Part shown: piece by piece, positions 8,811-17,364 of the stretch
Layout: each line of letters begins with the position of its first letter
Numbering within the stretch: position 1 is the first letter of the stretch
Assembly (NCBI GenBank): GCA_046757525.1
Contig: JBHHYI010000013.1
Location: 1 to 42,907, forward strand
Source of the DNA: a bacterium
Lineage (GTDB): Bacteria > Zhuqueibacterota > Zhuqueibacteria > Oceanimicrobiales > Oceanimicrobiaceae
Direction of reading: 5' to 3'
DNA: 42,907 bases
Translations under genes and position numbers: made by a program
Notes under the pieces: generated by a model
What the model was told of the DNA's origin: nothing
Databases searched by the model: none
Seen by the model: the letters and a program-made list of their open reading frames with translations, nothing else

Positions 8811-9356
8811 AAACGGATCCGCCATTGCCGTATTTTTGCGAAACAAGGCCACCTCCGCGTTTTGCGGCACGTGACACTGCAAACAATTCAACCGTTCCGG
8901 ATGCGTGGTCTGAACCACCTCCTTTCGGGTTACGTCCCCATGGCACACCAGGCACTTTTCCCGCATGAACAGACGGTGCGGGATCAAGGGCGGCCCTGCC
9001 GGTTGCGGCAGTTGGAGTTCTTCGCGTTCCTGCACCCCGACAAAGGTATTGCGTTTGAAAAGCGCTACGCTTTCCTCGGGGCGAATGTGGCACTGCTGGC
9101 AATTCAGCAGTTGCGGATGGGGCGTTACCGGCGCCTTGAAACCGTCAACGACCAGGCCATTTTCGTGGCAGTCCAGGCATTGGCGGTTGACAACCTTGTG
9201 TGGAATGAACGGAGGTGCGTAAGCGTAGTAGCGCAACTCTAACCGGTGATAGTTCCCGTAGTGCGCACTCTTTGCGTCAACACCACAGCCTGAGGCCAAG
9301 CCCGCAAGGCCAAGGAGTAGGAGGATTTTTGTCGATTTCACCGTTTTGATCCTCAT
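8808..9356 (-). CDS. napB: NapB-like nitrate reductase cytochrome c subunit, tetraheme (tandem duplicated), probable lipoprotein
   Basis: Two repeats of PPxIPH…CxxCH…HPxxLNCxQCH (CLDCH, CQQCH, CLVCH, CLQCH). Lipobox-like LASGC. Directly downstream of napA. Confidence 0.8.
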   Translation of the reverse strand: MRIKTVKSTKILLLLGLAGLASGCGVDAKSAHYGNYHRLELRYYAYAPPFIPHKVVNRQCLDCHENGLVVDGFKAPVTPHPQLLNCQQCHIRPEESVALFKRNTFVGVQEREELQLPQPAGPPLIPHRLFMREKCLVCHGDVTRKEVVQTTHPERLNCLQCHVPQNAEVALFRKNTAMADPF

Positions 9357-9389
9357 CCAATGTTTTCCGCATGAGTTTGGTGCTTAGCC

Positions 9390-9504
9390 AGATTTCTCAT
9401 CAGGCATTCGCCTGATTCGAAATGACAGTCGTTAGATGAAACACTGAATAACATATTCAAGCAGTTCATACGGCATTTCGACCCCACCAAGTGGGGAGAA
9501 GTCT
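9390..9504. repeat. Two divergent REP-like palindromes (GTCATTTCGA…GAGAAATCT family) between napA and napB
   Basis: Minus strand 9427-9390 reads TGTCATTTCGAATCAGGCGAATGCCTGATGAGAAATCT. Plus strand 9472-9504 reads GGCATTTCGACCCCACCAAGTGGGGAGAAGTCT. Confidence 0.6.
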
Positions 9505-9556
9505 GGCCAAATAAACGCTGCGCTAATTTGTTCACCATGATTCGTCGGGGACGCAG

Positions 9557-11893
9557 CTAAATCGCCTTTAACTTTTCAATTCTCACCGCGCACTTTTTGT
9601 AATCCGGTTCCTTAGAAATGGGACAGTAAGAATCCAGAGTCAATTTGTTGATGATTTTGCTTTCATCAAAAAAGGGCACGAAGACTGAACCTCGTCGCGG
9701 CCTGCCTCTGCCATTCAGCACCACCTCGAGTTCGATGGCACCTCGCCGCGATTTAACTCTCACCTTCTCACCATTTTGAATGCCGGCTTCAGCAGCGTCC
9801 TGCGGGTTCATTTCTACGTAGGCTTCGGGCACGGCGCGGTGCAAATGGGGAATCCGCCGCGTCATGCTGCCGGTGTGCCAGTGCTCCAGCACGCGGCCTG
9901 TAGTCAACCAGAACGGATATTCGCTATCCGGAACTTCCGGCGCTGGTTCGTAAGGCCGCGCCCAGATCACCGCTTTGCCACCCGGCTTTTTGTAGAATTC
10001 AATCTCCTGCCCCTTGGAAACGTACGGGTCGTAGCGGGCCGTATAACGGTAGGGCGTCTCCCTTCCGTTCACCACCGGCCATCTCAGGCCACGAGCTTCA
10101 ACGTATTGTTCATAGGTTCCCAGGTCATGGCCGGTGCCCAGCGTAAACCGGCGGTATTCTTCAAAAAGCTCTTTCTCGTAAGTCTGTTCGCCGTAGTCAA
10201 ACAACTGGCCCAATCCCATGCGCCTGGCGACTTCCATGCTTTGCCAGACGTCGGGTCTGGCTTCACCAGGCGGGTCCACCATCTTCTTCCAGTGCTGCGT
10301 GCGGCGTTCGGTGTTGCCGAAAAAGCCTTCCCGTTCCACCCACATGGCCGCTGGCAGAACCACATCGGCCACTTCGGTGGTGGGCGTGGGGTAGACGTCC
10401 GAAACCACCAGGAAGCGGCCTTCCTTCTCAGCACCGGCGCGGTAGCGGTTAACGTTGGGCAGGCTCACCATGGGATTGGTGGTCTGCGTCCACATGACTT
10501 TGATGTCCCCGCGGTCGAAAGCGCGAAACATTTCCACGGTGTTGTAGCCAGGCCTGGCCGAAATTCTGTCTACCGGCACGTCCCAGATTTTTGCGGCAAG
10601 TTTGCGGTGCTCGGGATTCATCACCACCATGTCGGCCGGCAGTCGGTGCGCCAGAGTGCCGACTTCACGCACGGTGCCACAGGCACTGGGCTGCCCGGTC
10701 AGCGACAGAGGATTGTTGCCGGGTTTGCAAATCTTGCCGGTCAGCAGGTGCAGGTTGTAAACCAGATTGTTGATCCAGGTGCCGCGGTTGTGCTGGTTAA
10801 AGCCCATGCACCAAAGTGAAACGACTTTGGTGAATTTGTCCGCGTAGATTTCAGCCAATTGCTTGATCCTCCCTGCCGGAATCCCGGAAATCCTGGCTGT
10901 GTACTCCGGGGTGTACTTTTGCACATAAGCTTTGTATTCGTCAAACGACATGGGTTTGGGCTCATCCTTGAACTTAAAATTGTCTTCCAGGCCATACCCG
11001 ATGTTCTCCTTGCCCCGCTTAAACACTGTGTGTTTGTCGATGAAATCTTTGTCGAAGCGCCCGCTGTTGATGATGATGCGGGCAATGGCGTTGGCCAGGG
11101 CCAAATCGGACTGCGGTTCCATGGACAGGTGCAGGTCGGCCCATTCGGTAGTGGGTGTCCTGCGGGTGGCGATGTCCACGATTTGCACCCAGGAAGCCGT
11201 TCGCTTGCGTTCCAAAATGCGCGAGAAAAGCACCGGGTGCATTTCAGCCATGTTATTGCCCCAGAGCACAAAAGCATCCCCTTTCTCGAAATCGTCGTAG
11301 CAGCCCATGGGTTCGTCGGCCCCAAAAGTGGTCATAAAACCTGTGACTGCGCTGGCCATGCACAGCCGCGCGTTGGCTTCCACATTGTTCGAACCGATGC
11401 CCCCTTTAAACCATTTCAGCGCAGCATAGCCGTCGCTAACCGTCCACTGGCCTGAGCCGTAAATCGCCACCGATTCCGGGCCGTATTTTTCAATGGACTC
11501 TTTAAACCGTTTCGCCACCAAATCCAGCGCCTCGTCCCAGGTGGCTTCCTTGAGGCTGCCTTTGCTGCGAATGAGCGGTTTGGTGAGACGGTCCTCACCG
11601 TAAAGAATGCCCGGCAGACTGTACCCTTTAATGCAAAGCAGTCCCTTGTTGACCGGATTCAACTGGTCGCCAGCTACGGCCACCACCCGGTTCTCCTTGA
11701 CGCCAACCATGACCCCGCAGCCGGTGCCGCAGAAACGGCATGGAGCCTTGTTCCAGGTCAGATTGGGGTCTAAAGGTACTTCTTCGGGAAATGCAGAAGT
11801 CTGGTTGGAACAGTTGATCGCGGCCAACGGAAGCGAAGTGTAAGCCGCCGCGGCAGCACAATGTTTCAGGAATTCTCTTCTGCTAAACTTCAT
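9557..11893 (-). CDS. napA: Periplasmic nitrate reductase catalytic subunit NapA (Mo-bisPGD, 4Fe-4S)
   Basis: Tat signal SRREFLK, KAPCRFCGTGC…C Fe-S motif, NARLCMASA with the Mo-ligand Cys, WGNNMAEMHP, SLTGQPSACGT, TTGRVLEHWHTGSMTRR and C-terminal PISKEPDYKKCAV. GGAGG RBS before 11893. Confidence 0.95.
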   Translation of the reverse strand: MKFSRREFLKHCAAAAAYTSLPLAAINCSNQTSAFPEEVPLDPNLTWNKAPCRFCGTGCGVMVGVKENRVVAVAGDQLNPVNKGLLCIKGYSLPGILYGEDRLTKPLIRSKGSLKEATWDEALDLVAKRFKESIEKYGPESVAIYGSGQWTVSDGYAALKWFKGGIGSNNVEANARLCMASAVTGFMTTFGADEPMGCYDDFEKGDAFVLWGNNMAEMHPVLFSRILERKRTASWVQIVDIATRRTPTTEWADLHLSMEPQSDLALANAIARIIINSGRFDKDFIDKHTVFKRGKENIGYGLEDNFKFKDEPKPMSFDEYKAYVQKYTPEYTARISGIPAGRIKQLAEIYADKFTKVVSLWCMGFNQHNRGTWINNLVYNLHLLTGKICKPGNNPLSLTGQPSACGTVREVGTLAHRLPADMVVMNPEHRKLAAKIWDVPVDRISARPGYNTVEMFRAFDRGDIKVMWTQTTNPMVSLPNVNRYRAGAEKEGRFLVVSDVYPTPTTEVADVVLPAAMWVEREGFFGNTERRTQHWKKMVDPPGEARPDVWQSMEVARRMGLGQLFDYGEQTYEKELFEEYRRFTLGTGHDLGTYEQYVEARGLRWPVVNGRETPYRYTARYDPYVSKGQEIEFYKKPGGKAVIWARPYEPAPEVPDSEYPFWLTTGRVLEHWHTGSMTRRIPHLHRAVPEAYVEMNPQDAAEAGIQNGEKVRVKSRRGAIELEVVLNGRGRPRRGSVFVPFFDESKIINKLTLDSYCPISKEPDYKKCAVRIEKLKAI

Positions 11894-11918
11894 GCGGTCC
11901 TCCAAACTCAGCAAAAAA

Positions 11919-13415
11919 TTATTGTTCGGCATAGCGCTTCTTAAACGCCTGCATGGCCTTCATCCTGGCGGCCTTTTCTTGCGGGCTCATTTTGCCCAGC
12001 GACCATTTGTGTAAGTCGGAATTGAGCACCTCGTTTAACAGCGACTCGACCTGTCTGGCCCCGGCCGCTTTACCATTTGCCCTGCCTCGCGCAATAAGCT
12101 CGCGCACTTCCGGCACAAATTCGGTGTAGAATCGTTCAGCAACTTCGTACATGCCGTGCCACTGGGTGTAGTCCGGCCCCATCATGGCGGTGCCCATGCG
12201 TGCCCGGCGACCTTCATGGTGCCAGAGCAAAAAGTAAGTCCATTCGATCTTGTCGTCAAAGGCCGTGTCCACGGTGATCAGCTTTACGGCTTTTAGTTTT
12301 TTCATAATGGCGGTAGACGGGCTGCCAAATTTGTCGTTGTACAAATGCACCAACTGGTCGTATTGCACATAAAAGTTCTGCACGTATTGTTTGCTGTGGC
12401 ATTGGAAACACACGTCCTGCATCCGTTCTCGGCGCTTTTGCCAGGGGATGGTTTCCTTGCCCGCCTTGAGGTCTTTGGCGTCGATTTTTTCGGAAACGGG
12501 CGGCCGCAGCGTCCAACTGATGCGTTCTCCCACATCGTGCGTCACGTCCTGGTTGGGCGTCGCGCTCATATGGCAAGTGGCACAGGTCGGCGCTGCGATA
12601 TAATCTTTGCCCACGATCCACGGCCGCACCTTGAGATTCATTTCGTCTTTGTGCGCGATAAAATTGATCCCGTGTTTGGACTCCCGGTAAATTTCGTACT
12701 GGGGATGATCCGGACCTAAGTGGCATTTGCCACAGTCGTCGGGCTCCCGGGCCTGAGCAACAGAAAAATAATGCCGGTTGTGGCACGCCGTGCAAGACCC
12801 CAGGCTGCCGTCGGGATTCAAGCGACCGATTCCCGTGTTGGGCCAGGTCTCTGGGTCGATCATCACGATGCCGTTGCGGTCTTTGCGAACGTTGCCGTCA
12901 TCGTCGCGAATGAAATCCACCACCGAACCGTGGCACTGTTTGCAGCCGCTCACGGCCGCAGCATTGCCGTGCATCATGCTGCCTTCAACCACTTCAGCCA
13001 GCACATTGTCAAGCGATCCGAGAATTTTGCCAGCCTGGGCGTGGTGGCTGCGCTGGAACTGGGCAAATTCTTTCTTGTGACAGCGAGAGCAATCCTTCGG
13101 CGAAACGATGGTCGCGATGGTGTAGGTGTAATGGTCGAATGCGTCAACGTCCGAGGACTCCGCCTGGTGGCATTCCAGACAACCCACTCCTTTGATGGCA
13201 TGCTGACTCTCCTTCCACTGCTCAACAGCGGTCTTGGCATTGCTTTGCTGAGAATGGCATTCAATGCATTTCGCGTTGTCGTCTGAAATGACGATGTGAG
13301 GCCTGGTGCCGGGAATCTGCTTCTTCCCCTCAATATACCCCACGATGAGCAGGGCAGCAAGCAGAAAAAAACTCAGCACCGCTATGATGACTCTTTTGGT
13401 CTCTAAAGAGAGCAT
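11919..13415 (-). CDS. Octaheme cytochrome c, hydroxylamine oxidoreductase (HAO)-like family, N-terminally membrane-anchored
   Basis: Eight CxxCH motifs (CIECH, CLECH, CSRCH, CKQCH, CTACH, CGKCH, CATCH, CFQCH), GPDHPQYEIYxESKHG and WHHEGRRARMG…GPDYTQWHG. AGGAGG RBS before 13415. Confidence 0.88.
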   Translation of the reverse strand: MLSLETKRVIIAVLSFFLLAALLIVGYIEGKKQIPGTRPHIVISDDNAKCIECHSQQSNAKTAVEQWKESQHAIKGVGCLECHQAESSDVDAFDHYTYTIATIVSPKDCSRCHKKEFAQFQRSHHAQAGKILGSLDNVLAEVVEGSMMHGNAAAVSGCKQCHGSVVDFIRDDDGNVRKDRNGIVMIDPETWPNTGIGRLNPDGSLGSCTACHNRHYFSVAQAREPDDCGKCHLGPDHPQYEIYRESKHGINFIAHKDEMNLKVRPWIVGKDYIAAPTCATCHMSATPNQDVTHDVGERISWTLRPPVSEKIDAKDLKAGKETIPWQKRRERMQDVCFQCHSKQYVQNFYVQYDQLVHLYNDKFGSPSTAIMKKLKAVKLITVDTAFDDKIEWTYFLLWHHEGRRARMGTAMMGPDYTQWHGMYEVAERFYTEFVPEVRELIARGRANGKAAGARQVESLLNEVLNSDLHKWSLGKMSPQEKAARMKAMQAFKKRYAEQ

Positions 13416-13531
13416 AAACTCCTCCTTCAATAGTAGGTTCTCACCCCTGAGCTGATCTTAGCCTGAACAATACCTGACGGAGCCAGGCTTCCGAAATTTT
13501 CGCACAACCCTGTGGAGCATTCACACAGAAG

Positions 13532-14677
13532 TCAAGCCAGGGCTTCCCAAATGGTGAAGGTTAAGAAGAGCACGAATCCGATCAGTCCAATCCAAAAACT
13601 CACGTCCCGTCCTGGCAATCGCTTCATGAACAAGCGATCGATGAACGGCCAGAAGAAGAGAATCAACAAGAAGAACATGGTGCCCACCACACCCACTTCA
13701 AACGACGTGAGCTTCAACCAGCGAAACACGGCAAAAAAGTACCATTCCGGTTTGATGTGTTCTGGCGTCACCAGCGGATTGGCCGGTTCACCCATGTGGG
13801 CAGGATAAACCAGGGCTAATATGGTCAAGATAAACGTCAGGGTTAAACCGACGATCAGTTCGGTGTAAAAATGGTCTGGAAAGAAAGGATACGATTCCTC
13901 TTTGACTTTCTCTTCTTCTGTTGCAGCCCTGGATTCCCCTCCTTGAAAACGCACGGGAGAAACGGGCGCAGAAACTCGCATGGCTACCTCCACCGAAGGC
14001 GTTTCATCCTCTTCGAAGCGCAGACGCGTCACGCCGTGCAGGCGAATTTGCACCACGTGCAGAACCAGCAGCAGCACGATGGTCGTGGGCAGCACGCCGA
14101 TGTGAAACACAAAGAAGCGCGTGAGGGTGTTGCCGCTTACTTCCGGGCCGCCGCGAATGAAATTGCCCAGCAAACCACCAATTACAGGCGTCGCCTGCGC
14201 AATGTTGGTGCCAACCACCGAGGCCCAGTAGGACAACTGCTCGTAGATCAAGGAGTAACCGGTAAAACCAAAGCCCAGGGTCGTCACCAACAGGCCCACG
14301 CCAATCATCCAGTTTAATTCCCGCGGACGGCGATAGGCCGCCGTAAAAAACACCCGAATCATGTGCAACATGAGCGTCAACACCATGAGATGGGCCGACC
14401 ACCGGTGGATGCTGCGAATGAACCAGCCAAATCGTACCTGGGTGGTGATGTGGGCCACGCTGCTAAACGCCTCCGCCGGATTGGGGACGTAATAAAAGGT
14501 GAGCACGATGCCCGTGGTCGCTTGAATCACAAACAGGTAAAGAGGCGTTCCACCGATGGCAAACCACCACCGTTTCAGGTGGTTGGGGATGGGCTCACTG
14601 GAGACCTCTTTAAGTAGATTAAGATCAAATGGGAAAGACTCAACAAACCACGCCTTAATCGCCGCGATTCTCTGCAT
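13532..14677 (-). CDS. petB: Cytochrome b subunit of a Rieske/cytochrome b (bc-type) complex
   Basis: Heme ligands in SIHRWSAHLMVLTLMLH and FHIGVLP…VLH, RPRELNW, FTGYSL…SYW and Qo-site HIKPEWYF. b6-like and subunit-IV-like halves are fused. Confidence 0.93.
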   Translation of the reverse strand: MQRIAAIKAWFVESFPFDLNLLKEVSSEPIPNHLKRWWFAIGGTPLYLFVIQATTGIVLTFYYVPNPAEAFSSVAHITTQVRFGWFIRSIHRWSAHLMVLTLMLHMIRVFFTAAYRRPRELNWMIGVGLLVTTLGFGFTGYSLIYEQLSYWASVVGTNIAQATPVIGGLLGNFIRGGPEVSGNTLTRFFVFHIGVLPTTIVLLLVLHVVQIRLHGVTRLRFEEDETPSVEVAMRVSAPVSPVRFQGGESRAATEEEKVKEESYPFFPDHFYTELIVGLTLTFILTILALVYPAHMGEPANPLVTPEHIKPEWYFFAVFRWLKLTSFEVGVVGTMFFLLILFFWPFIDRLFMKRLPGRDVSFWIGLIGFVLFLTFTIWEALA

Positions 14678-14760
14678 CTTTGCTCCTTAAATCTCTCTTG
14701 ATTCTCAGCAATGACTTATTCTCCCAACGGCCTTTAGCGGGTTTCAGACCACCGCCTCAG

Positions 14761-15219
14761 CTAAGCTTCTTTGAGCAGCACAAACACGTTGTCGTTCTCA
14801 TCGACCTCCACCTGGAAGCTGTCCAACGGCCGCGGCGGCGGGCCAGAGACCACATTGCCGTTGACGTCGAAAACACCCTGATGGCAGGGGCAATAGAAAC
14901 GCACATTTTCTGGTTCCCAGTAAACTTTGCAACCCAGGTGTGTGCAGGTGGTGGAAATCGCCTTCAGTCCTGCGTCGGTGTTGACCAGTATGATTTCACG
15001 TCCCGACAGGTCCTTGAAAGCCTTGGTGCCGTTTTGGGGCAGCTTTTCCAGGGAAGTAATCAGCAGTTTGCGGTAACGCGTTTTGTTCTTTTTGGGCAAG
15101 AGGAATTGCGCAAAATAAAAACCACCCGTTCCGTATCCGGCTACCAGGCCGACCACCATGGTTAGACGCCTAAAGAATCCCCGTCGGTTCACATTGTTTT
15201 CATCTTGTTTGCCAGTCAA
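14761..15219 (-). CDS. Rieske 2Fe-2S protein of the bc-type complex (Tat-anchored)
   Basis: NRRGFF Tat motif plus TM helix, CTHLGC and CPCH boxes, and GPPPRPL. Probable TTG start at 15219 behind AGGAGG. Confidence 0.92.
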   Translation of the reverse strand: MTGKQDENNVNRRGFFRRLTMVVGLVAGYGTGGFYFAQFLLPKKNKTRYRKLLITSLEKLPQNGTKAFKDLSGREIILVNTDAGLKAISTTCTHLGCKVYWEPENVRFYCPCHQGVFDVNGNVVSGPPPRPLDSFQVEVDENDNVFVLLKEA

Positions 15220-15490
15220 CTGGTGCCTCCTAATTGTTTGGAAAACCAAGCCTTGCAAAGAATAGGCGATTATCCGATGATGACAAGTGGTGTGGGATGC
15301 AAGTTGCGATGGGAAAAAATTCTCGACATTTAAGATCGATTCCAAGCTCGAATAGAAATCAGCACTCCTGCACGAATTGAATACCTCATGGGCTCAGACG
15401 CTCCTCCAAAGCTGCGAGAAGCATCTGAGTCTTTGTACCTTCTGACGGCCGTTGCAACTCGTGTGCAGCACAGAATCGCTTGATTTGCTA

Positions 15491-15519
15491 ATAATAAGAC
15501 TTCTTTACCGAAAAATCAA
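15491..15519 (-). promoter_or_regulatory. Putative sigma-70 promoter of the Rieske-cytb-octaheme-nap operon
   Basis: TTGATT-17 nt-TATTAT on the minus strand, implying a ~265-nt leader. Confidence 0.45.
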
Positions 15520-15597
15520 ACGATTTTTGACCTTTTCACGTCGCTCTCGGACAGATCAGGTAAACGCGGCTGGTGGTGGTAAAACGGTCCATCGAAC

Positions 15598-16917
15598 TCA
15601 AACATGTTCCAGGGCGTCCTGCAAATCTTCGATGATGTCCCGGCGGTCCTCGAGACCCACAGACAAACGGATGCCTCCTGGTTCCAGACCCATGCGCCGC
15701 TTGTCTTCCTCGGGCAACGCGGCGTGAGTCATGGAATAAGCGTTTTCAATCAGCGTCTTAATCGCACCCAGACTGACCGCCAGGGTAATGCAGTAGGCAT
15801 GATCAGCAACATAATCGATGAACTTGCCCACATTTGAGCTTTGTTTGCCGTCGACCTCAGCATCTTTGAGGAGAAAATAGATCATGTTGCCGGGCGCAAA
15901 CTTACCGGCGCTGTTGACCATTTGCTTCTTGGCCAATTCGAATTGGGGAAAATCCTCCAGACCGGGATAAACGACCTTTTCCACTTTGGGGTGTTCGCGC
16001 AAGAATTTGGCCACGTGGTGGGCTGTGCTGATCTGATTGGAAAAGCGCGTAGCCAGAGAAGGCAAGCCGTACACCAGAAAAATCCAGGCGCTTCTCGGAT
16101 TCAGCACGCCGCCAAAGTCTTTGCGGTACATCAGAAGCTTGCTGCAGTAGGTTCTCGGGCCGACCACGGCCCCTCCCATGTCCGTACCAAAGCCGCTGAT
16201 GCCTTTGGTCAGACTTTGCACCGAGAAATCCGCACCCAATTCGATGGGGCGCTGACAATAAGGCGTCGCAAACGTGTTGTCCACCACGATCTTGACATGC
16301 TGCTCGACCGGACGCCTTGCGTTGATTTCATCCACAAGCTGGCGTACGGCTGCGATGTCTACCAGAGCCAGCGTGGGATTCATGGGCGTCTCAAAATAGA
16401 GCACCCGGGTTTTATCGGTAATAGCCCTCCGAAGCATCTCTTCATCGTTTACGTCGGTCCACCGCACTTTTATCCCAAAGCGTGGTAGCCAGTTCTCAAA
16501 CAAGCTGTATGTGCAGCCATAGGTGACCTGATGTGCCACGATTTCATGTCCCTGTTCACACAGCAACCCCACGGCCGCACTAATGGCCGCCATACCCGTT
16601 GCAAAAGTTATGCACATTTCCCCACCTTCGGCGTAAGCCAGGTTCTCTTCCAGCATGCCCCGACTGGGTTCTTCCAGACGATCGTAAATGTAGATTGGTA
16701 TGTGTCGCGTTTCATCGATGCTCTCGCTGGCAAATTCAAAGAAGCCCTGCGCACCCCGTTGAGTTGAAGTCAGACGGTACATAGCCGAAGCCGACATCGG
16801 CGGATTTACATGGTGGTCATAATCCCACTTTTTGCTTTCAAAGTTGCCATGAATCAGGTGGGTACGAACCCGATACTGCTCCTTGGTCTTTTTGCGTTTC
16901 ATTTCTCTGGTTTTCAT
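15598..16917 (-). CDS. PLP-dependent Cys/Met metabolism enzyme (methionine gamma-lyase / cystathionine gamma-synthase family)
   Basis: FATGMAAI, YFETPMNP, VDNTFATP, SLTK (PLP Lys), AVSLG…TLI and IRLSVGLED motifs. Confidence 0.9.
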   Translation of the reverse strand: MKTREMKRKKTKEQYRVRTHLIHGNFESKKWDYDHHVNPPMSASAMYRLTSTQRGAQGFFEFASESIDETRHIPIYIYDRLEEPSRGMLEENLAYAEGGEMCITFATGMAAISAAVGLLCEQGHEIVAHQVTYGCTYSLFENWLPRFGIKVRWTDVNDEEMLRRAITDKTRVLYFETPMNPTLALVDIAAVRQLVDEINARRPVEQHVKIVVDNTFATPYCQRPIELGADFSVQSLTKGISGFGTDMGGAVVGPRTYCSKLLMYRKDFGGVLNPRSAWIFLVYGLPSLATRFSNQISTAHHVAKFLREHPKVEKVVYPGLEDFPQFELAKKQMVNSAGKFAPGNMIYFLLKDAEVDGKQSSNVGKFIDYVADHAYCITLAVSLGAIKTLIENAYSMTHAALPEEDKRRMGLEPGGIRLSVGLEDRRDIIEDLQDALEHV

Positions 16918-16986
16918 GGTTTTACCTCCTATTTAGAAACATCTTCCAAGTGAAGTCGGTGCGGCCGAGAAACCTTCAGTTGTTGC

Positions 16987-17190
16987 TCACAGAACCGGAT
17001 ACTTGCCGGTTGCAAACATCCTCAGGGCCAGGAAACAGTCAACCCATTTGTCCGCATCGAACCCCAGAGTCTCAGCGTCTTCGGCGCTCAAAAGCTGATG
17101 GCAAAAAAGAGCCGTGTCCTCACCCTGGGGACATTCCCGTTCCAGAAAGGGACATAAGACAGCGGTCTTCTCGGTTTTCTCATTTAGCAT
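16987..17190 (-). CDS. Small Cys-containing hypothetical protein (67 aa)
   Basis: ATG-started ORF filling the gap in the same orientation, CPFx4CP…C…C pattern and protein-like composition. No clear RBS. Confidence 0.5.
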   Translation of the reverse strand: MLNEKTEKTAVLCPFLERECPQGEDTALFCHQLLSAEDAETLGFDADKWVDCFLALRMFATGKYPVL

Positions 17191-17364
17191 GGTTTCAACA
17201 GTGCTTCAGTTCTAATGGTTAGCATGAATAGCACAAAAGGCGTTTATGATGAAGGGTAATAAATCAACCCCTGTGAACGTTTTGTTTGTTGGAGTCCTTC
17301 GTGTTTAATTGCCAAAGCATTGCTCTGCCGCGTATTGGAATTCTCAACCAGCCGGAGTGACTCT

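Noticed and set aside
9353..9538. 61-aa ORF between napA and napB as a possible napD/napE
   Set aside because: No resemblance to NapD or NapE, and it is built largely from REP-like palindromes.
9776..10819. Long plus-strand ORFs such as 9776-10819, 21601-22392 and 36573-37460
   Set aside because: They are antisense shadows of well-supported minus-strand genes.
3188..17244. Identical 12-mer ACAAAAGGCGTT in two upstream regions (3188-3199 and 17233-17244)
   Set aside because: One shared 12-mer is expected by chance in this much sequence.
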